A stretch of DNA of 64,000 nucleotides from Promethearchaeota archaeon (GCA_048937405.1 JBHLNF010000002.1:224001-288000), one strand, 5' to 3'; shown: positions 52,401 to 61,681, counted from the stretch's first letter. Numbers and translations are program-made. Notes: generated from the letters alone by a model not told the origin.

Positions 52401-54724
52401 AAGGTAAAATTCACTTCAGTTGGAACGGTAGCAAACCACGGATAGATAGTCTCTACTGCAATATTTCGAGCTTTGAAGTCTCCAAGAGTTTGATTGTATA
52501 CCACTGATTCATAGTCTTCTGAGCCCTCATCATACCATTCAAAGGTAATATCGAGGGTGTCAATATTGATATTAGGAGATTCAATAGTGTGCCATTCTGA
52601 CCAGGCATTCTCATCTGCCCATGAAATATAGAGATAACTGTAATTTGCAATATGGGGTTGATAATAGTCATATAATTCTTCAAGATTTTCTTTTCCCTCG
52701 ATGTAGGCATTATAATATTCTCCCGAATACATGGGGTTCCAGGTAATATCATAGATTCCAAGTGAAGTATTTTTCCCTATTAAATGAGAATCAAAATAAT
52801 AATAATTCCCATCGCTGTCAAACGCATCAAAATAGAAGGTTTCATTGATGGAGTGATCTCCTGCGTAGAGTGGTAAATAAACGGAAGCATCTAAGGTTCG
52901 CAATTCAGAATAAATATCCTCGTAATTCCCGTAATAAAATGATTGAATGTGATTATTTGGATAAATATCAAATATTTCCGAATCATATAAGGTAGCATTG
53001 TAATCAAATTCAAAAATAAAGAAGGAATCCACGACCACTTGATATCTTGGATCGTTAGATGTAATTAACACATCGGTAATATAGCAATATTCAATGCTGT
53101 TTGAATCGGTGGTTTTAAACTCAGAAGAAATATCTTCAAAAGAAATATTCAATACTTTCTGCTGATAGGTATCATAAAACTCATTTTCGAATGGAGTTAA
53201 ATCTAAAGCCGTTTCCCAAGCTACTAATTTACCTCGCTCTGAATAGATATCATCTATGGTGTAGGTATTACCGTCGTTATGTATTCCGAGAAGTGAAATT
53301 TCCGCAATAGGTACATCATCAATATTGGTAAGGTAATCAGTGATGTAAGGTGCTTTTTGGAGTACCATCTGGTCAATAGTAAGTCCTATTGATTGCTCTA
53401 ACGTGGCATTAAATTTTAAATATAAGATATCACCATCTTTCATATACATAAGATTACCATTTGGATCTATGTACGATTCAGGAAGTGAAATGTTATTATA
53501 CTCCACTTCATAGGTCTGTTGATTATCATAAATGTTAAGTTCTTCGGTTCTGGTATCCACATTGTAAATTGGATAGATTGGTTCATATAACTCATTTAAC
53601 ACAATTACGTATTGATTATGTGAATAACTTTCATTTAACATTCTGATAAGATCTACATTGAGCAATCCGTTTTTCGCTAATTCAGAATCCCACTCAATCG
53701 TCTGTACCGTTGGTATACCTTTTTTGTAAAAATCACCTACAAAATCGGTCGCATTATTAAAGATCGGAGTAAACATAATAGACGCATCATTTGCTACTTT
53801 GAAATTAGACCATTGATTTGGTTGACTTGGTTCTGGAAGGGTGATATAGAGAGTTCCTGAATCATCCTCAAACATATCAAGAGACACCAATGTAGATCCT
53901 ATATAGTTATTCTGTTCGTTATAATAAAAGGAAACATTAAGATATCTGAGCACATCGGGATTTAGAAAGCCCATTTTTAGGATTAATGTATCAAAGGAAT
54001 CCCATCCGTCATAGGGGTCGTTAAGATCTTCGGTAAGATAATAAATGAGGCTGTTGGTGCTATCCTTAGAGCTATTAAGAATGGCAAAAATTTGCTGTAC
54101 CTTACCCCTACTTACAGTAGTATAAGGATCGGTATCATAAATAAAGTGCGACGATTCATAATTTGCCATAAGTGTATCTTCGGGATGTTGAGTAGTAGTC
54201 CAGTTAAGAAGGGTGATCTGATCGGTTGCCAAATTCACAGTAAAGCTATGATAATTCTGATATTTATTATAATAATTGGCATAAATAGTAAGAGTTATCA
54301 TATCATTTTCTCCAAGTTCGCCATCCGAGAGCTCATCTAAATTCGAAATGGTGACTGAATTGTTTGAACTATAATAGTAAATATAAATCTCATCAATAAC
54401 TTCCTGCTGTCCTGTGGAATTCATAAAGGACGCTAATATAATAGGGGTACTATCAGAATATTGTTGGGGTACATTTGGATCCAATTCAATATTGACTTTT
54501 TTATTGGCAATATCTCCATTATTCAAAATTGTTTCAAAGGTTAAAATTGCTTTTTCCTGGAGTCTGTAGTTTAACGCCATCTGATATTGATAGTTTGCTG
54601 ATAGATTGTAGTACAGAGGTGCAATAATTGAACTTCCACTGAACGGATAATAATTATTGTAAAATTTATAATAAAGATGATAGATTATTGGGAATTTATT
54701 TTTATGACACCTTAGAACAGGCAA
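46448..54724 (-). CDS. Giant protein (2758 aa, probably 5'-truncated): acidic beta-rich and Ca-binding region, Gly-rich hydrophobic segments, C-terminal HTH and PD-(D/E)xK-like domain
   Basis: DxDxDG motifs (DITGDGTYD, DIDQDGYID, DDDGDGLYN); GVLGAALEGTSIGTAGGGYIGAAIG; basic C-terminus with IGTLFH..E...YEI...KVDTLI...IVIDWT. Confidence 0.6.
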   Translation of the reverse strand: MPVLRCHKNKFPIIYHLYYKFYNNYYPFSGSSIIAPLYYNLSANYQYQMALNYRLQEKAILTFETILNNGDIANKKVNIELDPNVPQQYSDSTPIILASFMNSTGQQEVIDEIYIYYYSSNNSVTISNLDELSDGELGENDMITLTIYANYYNKYQNYHSFTVNLATDQITLLNWTTTQHPEDTLMANYESSHFIYDTDPYTTVSRGKVQQIFAILNSSKDSTNSLIYYLTEDLNDPYDGWDSFDTLILKMGFLNPDVLRYLNVSFYYNEQNNYIGSTLVSLDMFEDDSGTLYITLPEPSQPNQWSNFKVANDASIMFTPIFNNATDFVGDFYKKGIPTVQTIEWDSELAKNGLLNVDLIRMLNESYSHNQYVIVLNELYEPIYPIYNVDTRTEELNIYDNQQTYEVEYNNISLPESYIDPNGNLMYMKDGDILYLKFNATLEQSIGLTIDQMVLQKAPYITDYLTNIDDVPIAEISLLGIHNDGNTYTIDDIYSERGKLVAWETALDLTPFENEFYDTYQQKVLNISFEDISSEFKTTDSNSIEYCYITDVLITSNDPRYQVVVDSFFIFEFDYNATLYDSEIFDIYPNNHIQSFYYGNYEDIYSELRTLDASVYLPLYAGDHSINETFYFDAFDSDGNYYYFDSHLIGKNTSLGIYDITWNPMYSGEYYNAYIEGKENLEELYDYYQPHIANYSYLYISWADENAWSEWHTIESPNINIDTLDITFEWYDEGSEDYESVVYNQTLGDFKARNIAVETIYPWFATVPTEVNFTLSQDYSNALDLDIMLIKGYFFNETSIDFDPDQVIIYPTAKTIEITPPNGYTFEHFEKILVYLNFSEGAYSDYTQFKMTDAATINHPEAPAWTKNDSLYVDFEYNDIDYFLLMEEYAVGSEESMFEHFEYMRNKGFVLYNPPSQPYSLTFGDQGQDFDNFTKIDDPKTILEFYDYDEDCTHEYVVQKDDITGDGTYDSFKYGYINPVGEISFHTLVQEVFSTEVNVNKNGEIRETEQYEVANNGVWATRTIITNTTTTTRVSKLSTLIQKDIDQDGYIDSELTSEQIFTSTYAIVCTTEITYLTFFKSDDVNHKYAVANFTEYRNSSYIITDDSISYTFRDFEYGEVVSTRYYDDVFPNELSEIYNLDNNLIPVVDTQGDSDPSNDIEIQAPLLENLLSLSHPDDNVPAIYDRKITVNSPVEVSNILATEKVITVPGSYNEGSGIADYTEEQQITVDAIEVIPEMGVAYDNTEGYNKDTIEDYKYLYYDDDGDGLYNVIFITDSEGYTVGIGLDYDGNAYFEPHKSMPVEKHIIKSEAATAEIPDSFATSLNIAEGRLINYKDYNNFDGLFVEPTFRDSLFDVWKMDYSGKSSKLMKLAMSITSHQFIEALTPQKIVGDITFQVSAMVASYTIGKVVGITLAGVLGAALEGTSIGTAGGGYIGAAIGFVVGMLTYWLINSLNAIEQQKKVNNYLVSQMTYNENYKTTETLSDKWWKDRYFHEHMTNALLGTTGGVYSEIKVETDEHIYQGQFLIASPGIDKTTNFGTKFNKIVLDYSQQTRSYEAYSDIEDPRLEPFLVVTEPIEEENEVTSEGILDGTINLKDMTITKPRNKNIKYMRNSLMYLEDQISSLTENEEKSYNRIIPYMMSVKPSLQVLDSETTAVPEFYLNYPIYVTHEKYEEQELYDEYNHIYKIYDETTETIQLIPDEYLANRPLMSNIVGVDVWLVDNIGTVEQKDGLNIDTEYNPFTGEVSLISGKDIYSTLNAIINDAKEDHPSPGQSSYDAYIVLDFHIEKYRDITVERDDITPEEAQRIATMQSTHQSMLQYLYQFTVAEQTQQRLSEICYTVFITVISTALSIGATMGIDKAFGSLGNSITTQGKALAAESSKTMTSQVLKNIGSKFEDLGGKHMGMYRIFGAMISESIEEVYVDPWIDSVVSNYVADCGYGVAAQILWSGLAESGREMTGDLNQLIWTGSGMNTHFQEQSQIQIKAEIEPNIRVQSQIETTNDLKIKAKEQQETKKGMIDYIDDFSPFIMLAGALTGGLLGSISAGFGNLLIGIGTSAETLDSLKDIYKSVLQKQQVKASNTYLTDRISDSLLEYVTINDIVQDDLSEAIEWAQLGQTQKPLIKDELFDSTVELLLATRYNPLAHLILGIKNFQFYPDHDYSVSENTGNVIGARGLNPNQIKRINNLAIRLINYLQANIREANKRKIGGSEFFYKWNGEQKFSYQRLSLELGMNAGWVGELRKGKRKFVEIDSIIKISTNILKRKTFQFLPEFVRVSAIEHFTDPMLDIWYNKRYSEEVDKPNRVELVDNIIEELQKLIGKCGVKKPLTDELISKILYSGHSEHPDKVLRSLKSHTYSKKRDEFDFTTLFEFIYYSNRLNFKQTRNIIIKETDVDLYIDKNNFKEFVTSINKLVIGHILRYGFTVKLQKQDVLIDDIDQDLLNLIISAMFAFADDNNREIVSIYKIAPTLMTDLRRGITPKKSVFINLKQKINSLTSSVSSKSKRNAIDWVNDFLKNIGDYKREDIGTLFHVPISEIFIRSLLDRNFKSFYEIRAKRYNLDFDKGTKVDTLIPRTTEFINFFEDENRLQDLQGRFYFHKDKKYFYTIPHFDKDIKRIVIDWTMNTRFDKIQEKLEKGYYTDDTHLLIVLYNEKRHYLAPKWDRDIKKLVDDFPDRINVITIEDLSNFLGLAGTGTNPDNPLPPEINILMKLKKESLKGDEDAFNALMDKKDDAIISLNEMGVNEYWFDQFLGSRSNI

Positions 54725-54897
54725 AAAAAGAGTTCTTACATTATGATAGTTTTATTACAGGATATTGTATTATAACCGATAGAACCACTAAGACTCAGTT
54801 AAAGATAACTGATAATGGGAAAGAGTCAGTCATTATCTTAGGAAAACAACTTTCCATCAATTCTTAACATTTTTTTCTTTAAATAAATCAAAAAGAA

Positions 54898-55128
54898 GTG
54901 ATAGTAATGAGTCGAGCTTTAAATTTTGAATTGGTAAAGGAGGGTATTTTGAAAGCTATTGAACTAAATGATTTTGAACAGTTACACCATTTCAAATCGA
55001 TGTTAAGTGAACTTATTGCACAAGTTCAGTTTCTAATCGAGAGTAATCCATTGATCAATAAAAACAATGTTGATATATTGGAGAAAGCTCAGAAATTATA
55101 TTTGTTAGCAGTAAATATCTCAAATTAG
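54898..55128 (+). CDS. Small hypothetical protein
   Basis: 76 aa, helical composition; SD-like GAAGTG upstream of the internal ATG. Confidence 0.5.
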   Translation: MIVMSRALNFELVKEGILKAIELNDFEQLHHFKSMLSELIAQVQFLIESNPLINKNNVDILEKAQKLYLLAVNISN

Positions 55129-55232
55129 TAGAAAGGAATGACTGAAAAAATGAATCACTACTTATTAAGAATCACTTTTCTTTCTTACTAATATTTTTCT
55201 TCATTTTAAAATAATTTTAAGAAATTTGCGAG

Positions 55233-55619
55233 AAGAATGAGGGATTGCTTTGGAAATATTTGTAATTATATGAGATAAATTGAAAGCCTTCCTATTTTGC
55301 TGAAAAAGTTACTAATTTATCATTACTTTGAGAAAATTTAAATATGGTATAGGATGAGAAAATAATATTTCACATTCTTGCATATAACTTACTTCTCCTC
55401 AAATTTGAAATATAATTCAGAAAAATAGCATATATTTTCAAGTACTTCTTAATATCTCTCTTAAAATCTATCATTTCTGTATATTTCTTGAAGATGACAT
55501 ATTTGAGGTATTTCACCTATATAATTGTTCTTTCTTAATGTTTCGTTGGTTTTCTCATTTAATTTTGTTGGGATACAGTTTTTCCAATCTCCTTCCCTAC
55601 GATGCAATCCCTCATTCTT
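55233..55619. repeat. 16-bp perfect inverted repeat pair
   Basis: AAGAATGAGGGATTGC at 55233-55248 and GCAATCCCTCATTCTT at 55604-55619; imperfect extension TGCG/CGCA. Confidence 0.8.
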
Positions 55620-55915
55620 ACGCAGATCTTTCTTTCTTACTCCGTATTCTTCCCTAAGATATGTTCAAATAGACTTCAAAAGGTCGCGTACATGCTGAAA
55701 AGGTACTAATATTCTTCAGCGATTCCAAGATTATATATTTTTTAGATTATGTAAAAATGGCTTCAAAAAGCTTAGGTTTTGCGAATCTTTGAAGATAAAA
55801 TTTGGTAATGGCATGGAAGATTAACAGAAATTCCATAAATCATCAATCTCTCATTATTGATAAATGATTCAGTCTATTCTATTCATATAAGAAAACATAT
55901 AAAATGGTAGCTTAA

Positions 55916-56161
55916 ATGATTGATACCCAAAAATACATGGATTTGATAAAAGAAAGCGAAATGGCAAAAGATTTAGAGAAACTCAATGACCTCTTAGACA
56001 CGGTGTCCAGCCTCTTAGTCGAATTACAATCTCATAGAGGGAACTCCTATAGTGAAGTACAGCAACTCGAAACCCTAATCTGCTGTATATTTCACAGCTA
56101 CGGGAAGGTTTCGCGAAATCGTGAGTTTAAGCTATCCAAAACACCAAAATTAAAAAAATAA
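55916..56161 (+). CDS. Small hypothetical protein (mobile-element-like cluster)
   Basis: 81 aa; first of three tightly packed co-oriented ORFs. Confidence 0.5.
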   Translation: MIDTQKYMDLIKESEMAKDLEKLNDLLDTVSSLLVELQSHRGNSYSEVQQLETLICCIFHSYGKVSRNREFKLSKTPKLKK

Positions 56162-56185
56162 CAAAAAAGGATGTGAAAATAAAAA

Positions 56186-56374
56186 ATGTGCTATTATGTG
56201 GTAGATTTTTGTAAAAAGACAATTACCAAGTGTGAAACGCAAGGACAAGCGAAAGCCTTGTGTATTTTAGCCTTGACCAAGTCTCCCTCTCTTAATATTT
56301 TTTCGTATAACGAGATTGATTTTAACAAGTTGGAGTTAAATAAAACCGAATTTGAAGAATTAACAGTTTTTTAG
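56186..56374 (+). CDS. Small hypothetical protein
   Basis: 62 aa; SD-like GGATGTGA upstream. Confidence 0.5.
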   Translation: MCYYVVDFCKKTITKCETQGQAKALCILALTKSPSLNIFSYNEIDFNKLELNKTEFEELTVF

Positions 56375-56392
56375 AATTCAAGAGGAGATGAT

Positions 56393-56791
56393 ATGAAAAT
56401 GATTTATCAAGATATTTATAGGCTGTTAAGTGAGATTGTGGATTTATCTACATTGCGAGATCAGGGATATTTAAAATACAAATCAAGCGGATTTATGGAT
56501 CTAAACGTGGACTTTCTCATGGAAGATGAGCAAAAGCGGGAAATTATCGCCCTTTCTCATTATTATAAGCAAAATGGTGATATGATTGCCGATCCTGATA
56601 TGGAACTAAGGATTGATTATGCATGGGATAATCCTACTTGTGAGGCATTGTCTTATCAAGACTATTTTGGTTATAAAAAAGTGTATAATGAGATTGGGAA
56701 TTTTGATCCCAAGATAAAAGCTGATTTAAATGAGTTTTTATTGATATGGTTAAAGAATCTCAAGAATCAACAATTCAAACTATTTATTTAA
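56393..56791 (+). CDS. DUF1249/DUF6908-like protein typical of mobile elements
   Basis: GFMDL.VD, ALSHYYKQNGDMIADPDME, LNEFL..WLKNL..Q; SD GAGGAG. Confidence 0.65.
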   Translation: MKMIYQDIYRLLSEIVDLSTLRDQGYLKYKSSGFMDLNVDFLMEDEQKREIIALSHYYKQNGDMIADPDMELRIDYAWDNPTCEALSYQDYFGYKKVYNEIGNFDPKIKADLNEFLLIWLKNLKNQQFKLFI

Positions 56792-56997
56792 TAATTTTTT
56801 TAATTTTTTCTTTGGGGATCATACATTAATTCAATATTTTATTAATAATATTAGTTATTAGATTTATTAAAAAAAATCAATATGCAAGAGTACAAAAGCA
56901 TTTATTATTAAAAGTTCGTATATTAAAAATATTAAACTAATTGTATTATTAAACTATTATTCTAAATATCTCAAAATCGTACACAAAGCTCTCACTT

Positions 56998-57459
56998 ATG
57001 GTTGTTCGAGAAGCAGGACTGTTATTTAGGGGCTATACATTAGTAAAAAAAAGTTATCACAAATCTACAAAAGGAAAAATTGATACTGACTTAAGAAGTG
57101 GATTGCTTACTGCAATCTTAAATTTTGCTCAATCTACTTTTTCAAAAGACTTTGTTGAATATTTTGAAGGTAAAAAATATCTTATTGCATTTACAGAGGA
57201 CGCAATTAATGCTGAAGATAGTTTTGAACCAGAACTTTTAATTTCTTATGTTATTTTAGATAAAGAGAAAAAAATTGAAAAATATATTAGGAAAATTATT
57301 CAACCATTACTTAAACAAATAACTAAAGAATTTAAAACACAAAATGTTGGAAAAAATTTATCAGAAGTTTCTCAATTTAAAGATTTTAAACTATATTTAG
57401 ATAAAATTTTTGGTTCTGATACAAAAACAATTGATCAAAAATTTAAGAATTTATTTTAA
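56998..57459 (+). CDS. Asgard longin-like domain protein
   Basis: G.TLV...DTDLRSGLLTAILNFAQ..F pattern. Confidence 0.55.
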   Translation: MVVREAGLLFRGYTLVKKSYHKSTKGKIDTDLRSGLLTAILNFAQSTFSKDFVEYFEGKKYLIAFTEDAINAEDSFEPELLISYVILDKEKKIEKYIRKIIQPLLKQITKEFKTQNVGKNLSEVSQFKDFKLYLDKIFGSDTKTIDQKFKNLF

Positions 57460-57497
57460 TAAAATAAACTTAGTTATGCAAATATTCTCAATATACA

Positions 57498-58445
57498 TTA
57501 TTTTTTTAGTATGTTTATCAAATACCACAAAATTATTGGTAAAACAATAGTTGCATCTGAAATCACAGTACAATATTTTGCTTTTTCATTCACTTTACCC
57601 CATGAAATTGCTTCTCTCAAACTAGCTCCACTCAATCCTCCGGGTTCTGGACGATCCATAGTAATTTGGATGGCAAAAGTGGCAGAATTTGGGCAAAATT
57701 GTAATGATTGCATAATAAAATTCTTTGGTACACCACCGCCAACTATACATATACCAGCATTTTTAGCATCCCATGCTAAATTTACCATTTCTAGCATATC
57801 TTTAAAGTGATTTAAATTTAAATTTTTATGATGAAATCCTAATTGCATAGCTAATCCTGAATCAGTAAATGCAGGACAGAAAATGGGTATCTCTTTCTCG
57901 GCACATACTCTAAGAATGGAATAAGATGATGTCGGTAGCTTTTCACCAAGAAATTTAAGAAATGAACTTACCGACATTTGACTATCTGGTATTGTTAATT
58001 TGGAAATGAAGTTTTCAATTCCTTCATATACGTTATTTGGCATGAATATATCATATATTCTATTTATTTCTGTCTTATGTAAATCTCGATCATCAACATC
58101 ATCCAAATTAATATTGCCTTGTAAATGATGATATCCTAGGGCTTCTGCGAGATCATGGGTTAAGTTTGCACCTGTAGTTACTAAGACATCTATAAATCCT
58201 TCCTGTAAGAAATCAAATATAATTTTTTGTAATCCAACAGGAACCATAGCTCCTGCTAATCCGAAAAATTTTACACAGTCATTAGTTCTTATCATTTTTT
58301 CATAAATTTCGCAAGCTTCCGCTAATCTCTTTGCATTAAATCCTGTATTTTTCAGAGATTTGACCAAATCAACAATTTTGGTACCCTCATTTATTTCAAA
58401 TTGCTCTACTTCTCTTAATTTCTCTTTAAAATCTTCTTTTGACAT
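57498..58445 (-). CDS. dys: Deoxyhypusine synthase
   Basis: TTGANLTHD, NRIYD, PAFTDS, GGGVPKN, GGLSGA...EAISWGK. Confidence 0.95.
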   Translation of the reverse strand: MSKEDFKEKLREVEQFEINEGTKIVDLVKSLKNTGFNAKRLAEACEIYEKMIRTNDCVKFFGLAGAMVPVGLQKIIFDFLQEGFIDVLVTTGANLTHDLAEALGYHHLQGNINLDDVDDRDLHKTEINRIYDIFMPNNVYEGIENFISKLTIPDSQMSVSSFLKFLGEKLPTSSYSILRVCAEKEIPIFCPAFTDSGLAMQLGFHHKNLNLNHFKDMLEMVNLAWDAKNAGICIVGGGVPKNFIMQSLQFCPNSATFAIQITMDRPEPGGLSGASLREAISWGKVNEKAKYCTVISDATIVLPIILWYLINILKK

Positions 58446-59357
58446 TTATACCATATCTTTTTCCTTACTTGCAATAAATGAAATCAGCTCTATTATTATT
58501 TTTGCAGCCAAATTACATGTCATTTTATTTTTTAAATCTAAATTGGGTGCAACTTCAACTAAATCAAATCCAATAATTTTAAAATTTACAGATACCTCTT
58601 TTAATATTTTCCATAATTCTCTATAAGAAAAACCTCCTGGAATTGCAAATCCTGTCCCAGGTGCGATAGAGGGATCAAAAGCATCAATATCTATTGAAAC
58701 ATAAAGATAGTTGATATTAGATTTTTTGAAAAAATCAGTAATTCCTGAGATAATATTATCTAATCCATCTGTTAAATGATAAGCACTAATATATTCAATG
58801 CTTTCTGCTTTGGCTAACTCTAACTCTGGGATATCTATATCTCTAGCTCCAACAACAAGGAGATTTTTATTATTTATATAATCAAAATCATAAATTCTAT
58901 GAGAAACTGTGGCATGAGAATAGACGCCCTTATCCCATTCTTGATAAAAATCTAAATGAGAATCAAATACTAACACACCAAATTCTTCTTTTTTTTCAAA
59001 ATGATCTCCAATTGTTTTTATTACAGGATAAGAACAGAAATGATCACCCCCAATCATAATAGGAATTATGTTTTCATTTTTCTTGTATATATCTTCTATG
59101 AAATTCTTGATATTTTTAAGATTTTTATCTATATTCATTTTCTCGACAGGAATATCTCCAATATCAACTACTTTTAATTTAGTTATATGATATCCTAGTT
59201 CCGATGTCAAACCAATATCATTAGTTACATTTCTGATTTTTTCTGGAGCAATTGAAGAGTTAGGTAAATCAATTGAAGTTAAATAATCCCATGGTATACC
59301 AAAAATAACAAATTGTGTATCTTTTTTGATATCTTTTTCAAAATCAAAAAATCTCAT
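58446..59357 (-). CDS. speB: Agmatinase (arginase family)
   Basis: GGDH, DSHLD, SHAT, SIDIDAFDP..APGTG, DLVEVAP. Confidence 0.9.
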   Translation of the reverse strand: MRFFDFEKDIKKDTQFVIFGIPWDYLTSIDLPNSSIAPEKIRNVTNDIGLTSELGYHITKLKVVDIGDIPVEKMNIDKNLKNIKNFIEDIYKKNENIIPIMIGGDHFCSYPVIKTIGDHFEKKEEFGVLVFDSHLDFYQEWDKGVYSHATVSHRIYDFDYINNKNLLVVGARDIDIPELELAKAESIEYISAYHLTDGLDNIISGITDFFKKSNINYLYVSIDIDAFDPSIAPGTGFAIPGGFSYRELWKILKEVSVNFKIIGFDLVEVAPNLDLKNKMTCNLAAKIIIELISFIASKEKDMV

Positions 59358-59385
59358 TTTTTACTTACTATTTTTTTTAATTTTC

Positions 59386-61095
59386 TCACATTTTATCTAA
59401 AGTTTCAATTCCTAGTATATCTAGTCCTATTTTAATAACAATTTTTACACAATATATAAGTAATAACCTTGCCTTTTCTAAATCTTTATTATTAGATATA
59501 ACTTGACAGGATGTATAAAATGAATTGAATGCCTGACATAACGTGAGAAGATATTGTGGAATTAGATGAATATTATAGGATTTTTCTGCTGTATCAATTA
59601 CTTCAGGAAAGTAAATCAGTTGTTTTATTAGAAATTTTTCTTTTTCATGAGAAAGTAAATCCCATTTAATATTTGTTGTTATTTCTCTTTCTGACTTTGA
59701 AATAATTGAGATAATCCTTGCATAACAATATTGAATATAAGGTCCTGTTTCACCCTCAAAAGAGATACTTTCATCAGGTTTGAATACAAAACCCTTTACT
59801 GGACTATATTTGAGAAGGTAAAAGATTACTGAAGCTAAACCAATAATTTCGGCTCTTTTTTTCTTTTCATCATTATGTAATTCAGGATATCTCTTATTTA
59901 CTTCCTCAAGTGCAAGGTTTTCAACTTCTTCAATTACATCATCAGCATCAACAACAGTACCTTCTCTACTTTTCATTTTACCACTAGGTAGACTAATCAT
60001 ACCATATGAAAGATGATAATTATCTCCTTCAAATCCTAAAATATCTAATATAGCAAAGAGCCATTTAAAATGCTGTATCTGTGGATCTCCAACAATATAA
60101 ATTGATCTGTCATAATTAAAATCTTCTTTTTTTTTATATGCTAGGTATATATCCTGTGTTATATAAATAGAAGTTCCATCGCTCCTTATCAAAATTTTGT
60201 CATCTAGATCATATTTCTCTTTTAATTTGGCGATTATAGCACCATCATTGGTTTTTTCAAAAAGACCTTTTTTCAATCCATCTAAAATTATCTCTTTTCC
60301 TTTCAAGTATAAATCAGATTCAAAATACTCTTTGGTAAATTTAATTCCAAATTTATTAAATGTAGTTTTAAATCCCTCAAGTGCCCATTTATTCATCTTT
60401 TTCCATAAATCTCTAGTTTCTTTATCTCCCTTTTCCCAAGATCTTAATAATTCTTGGGCTTCTATCTCTAAATTAGCATCTGATTTAAATTTTTGAGTAT
60501 ATAATACATAATATTCACCAACGAAATGATCACTTTTTTTATCTGGGGCCTTTCCATTTCCCCATTTCTTATATGCAAGCATACTTTTACAAATATGAAT
60601 TCCTCTGTCATTATTTAAATTAACTTGAAATACCTTATGTTTTTTATATTCTAATAAATTAGATAAAGATTTACCAAGAACCATATTCCGAACATGTCCA
60701 AAATGAAGTGGTTTATTAGTATTAGGAGAAGGATATTCAACTACTATTCTAAGTTTATTAGATTTTTCTGAAATATCTCTTATTCTACCATAATCATTGT
60801 TATAATCAAAAATATTTTCAAGAATAGGTCTTTGTTTTATTGTAAAATTTAAATAAGGTCCTTTGACATCAATGTTTTCTATAAACTCCGGGATCTTAAT
60901 TTTATCTTTTAATTCTTGAGTTATTAATTGTGGTGCTCTTTTCTGTAATTTTGCAAGTTTAAAACAAGGAAATGCATAGTGATACTCATAATCAGGAGGA
61001 GGTATTTCTATTGATGATTCGATTTCTTCTAAATTAAGATTGGGGATATATTCCATTAAGATATTGGCTATTGATTTTTTATCTATAATTTTCAT
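59386..61095 (-). CDS. argS: Arginine--tRNA ligase
   Basis: VEYPSPNTNKPLHFGHVRN, KMKSREG, GPYIQYCYAR. Confidence 0.96.
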   Translation of the reverse strand: MKIIDKKSIANILMEYIPNLNLEEIESSIEIPPPDYEYHYAFPCFKLAKLQKRAPQLITQELKDKIKIPEFIENIDVKGPYLNFTIKQRPILENIFDYNNDYGRIRDISEKSNKLRIVVEYPSPNTNKPLHFGHVRNMVLGKSLSNLLEYKKHKVFQVNLNNDRGIHICKSMLAYKKWGNGKAPDKKSDHFVGEYYVLYTQKFKSDANLEIEAQELLRSWEKGDKETRDLWKKMNKWALEGFKTTFNKFGIKFTKEYFESDLYLKGKEIILDGLKKGLFEKTNDGAIIAKLKEKYDLDDKILIRSDGTSIYITQDIYLAYKKKEDFNYDRSIYIVGDPQIQHFKWLFAILDILGFEGDNYHLSYGMISLPSGKMKSREGTVVDADDVIEEVENLALEEVNKRYPELHNDEKKKRAEIIGLASVIFYLLKYSPVKGFVFKPDESISFEGETGPYIQYCYARIISIISKSEREITTNIKWDLLSHEKEKFLIKQLIYFPEVIDTAEKSYNIHLIPQYLLTLCQAFNSFYTSCQVISNNKDLEKARLLLIYCVKIVIKIGLDILGIETLDKM

Positions 61096-61336
61096 ATGAA
61101 TAATCAGAATAAATTCTAAAACTATTATTTATAAATTGATTGATATCTGTATCCTATTTTGATAATTATATATGAAATTATTCATAAAATTTATGAATAT
61201 GAATTGAGGATGTAAATATCGTTAAAATTAAGATTAAATAATATTAATTTTATATTGTAATAAAAAAAATTAAAATTTTTTAATAAAGAAGATAATTTAA
61301 TTTCTAGATATTTTAAAATAGCTTATTGGGAATACA

Positions 61337-61681
61337 ATGACAGAAAAAAAAGACAATTTCATATTAAAATGGCATGATGATTCTGGTACATTTATGCCAA
61401 TCGAATCTGATGCAGATATGAATGAAGGGATTTTCATTGAACTGGTCAATGACTCTAAATGGAGATATTTCTATATTAAAGGTGCATCATTAATCTCTAG
61501 ACGTACAGCACTTAGAGCTGCAAATGGTATTTCAAAAACAGGATATATTCACCCAAAAACAAATATTCGATATGGTATAGAATGTGAACTTAAAGAGGAA
61601 ATATCCCCATATGAGGATATGCCTGATACTCTCAGAAAATCTCAACGTTCATGGTATAAAGGTGAATATAAACAATATTAA
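61337..61681 (+). CDS. Hypothetical protein, weak gelsolin-domain resemblance
   Basis: YFYIKGASLISRRTALRAANGI resembles the gelsolin strand-helix. Confidence 0.3.
   Translation: MTEKKDNFILKWHDDSGTFMPIESDADMNEGIFIELVNDSKWRYFYIKGASLISRRTALRAANGISKTGYIHPKTNIRYGIECELKEEISPYEDMPDTLRKSQRSWYKGEYKQY

Noticed and set aside
45540-56997. att sites or target-site duplication bounding the island
   Set aside because: Only short AT-rich matches (e.g. ATACAT) were seen; there is no convincing direct repeat, tRNA or integrase.
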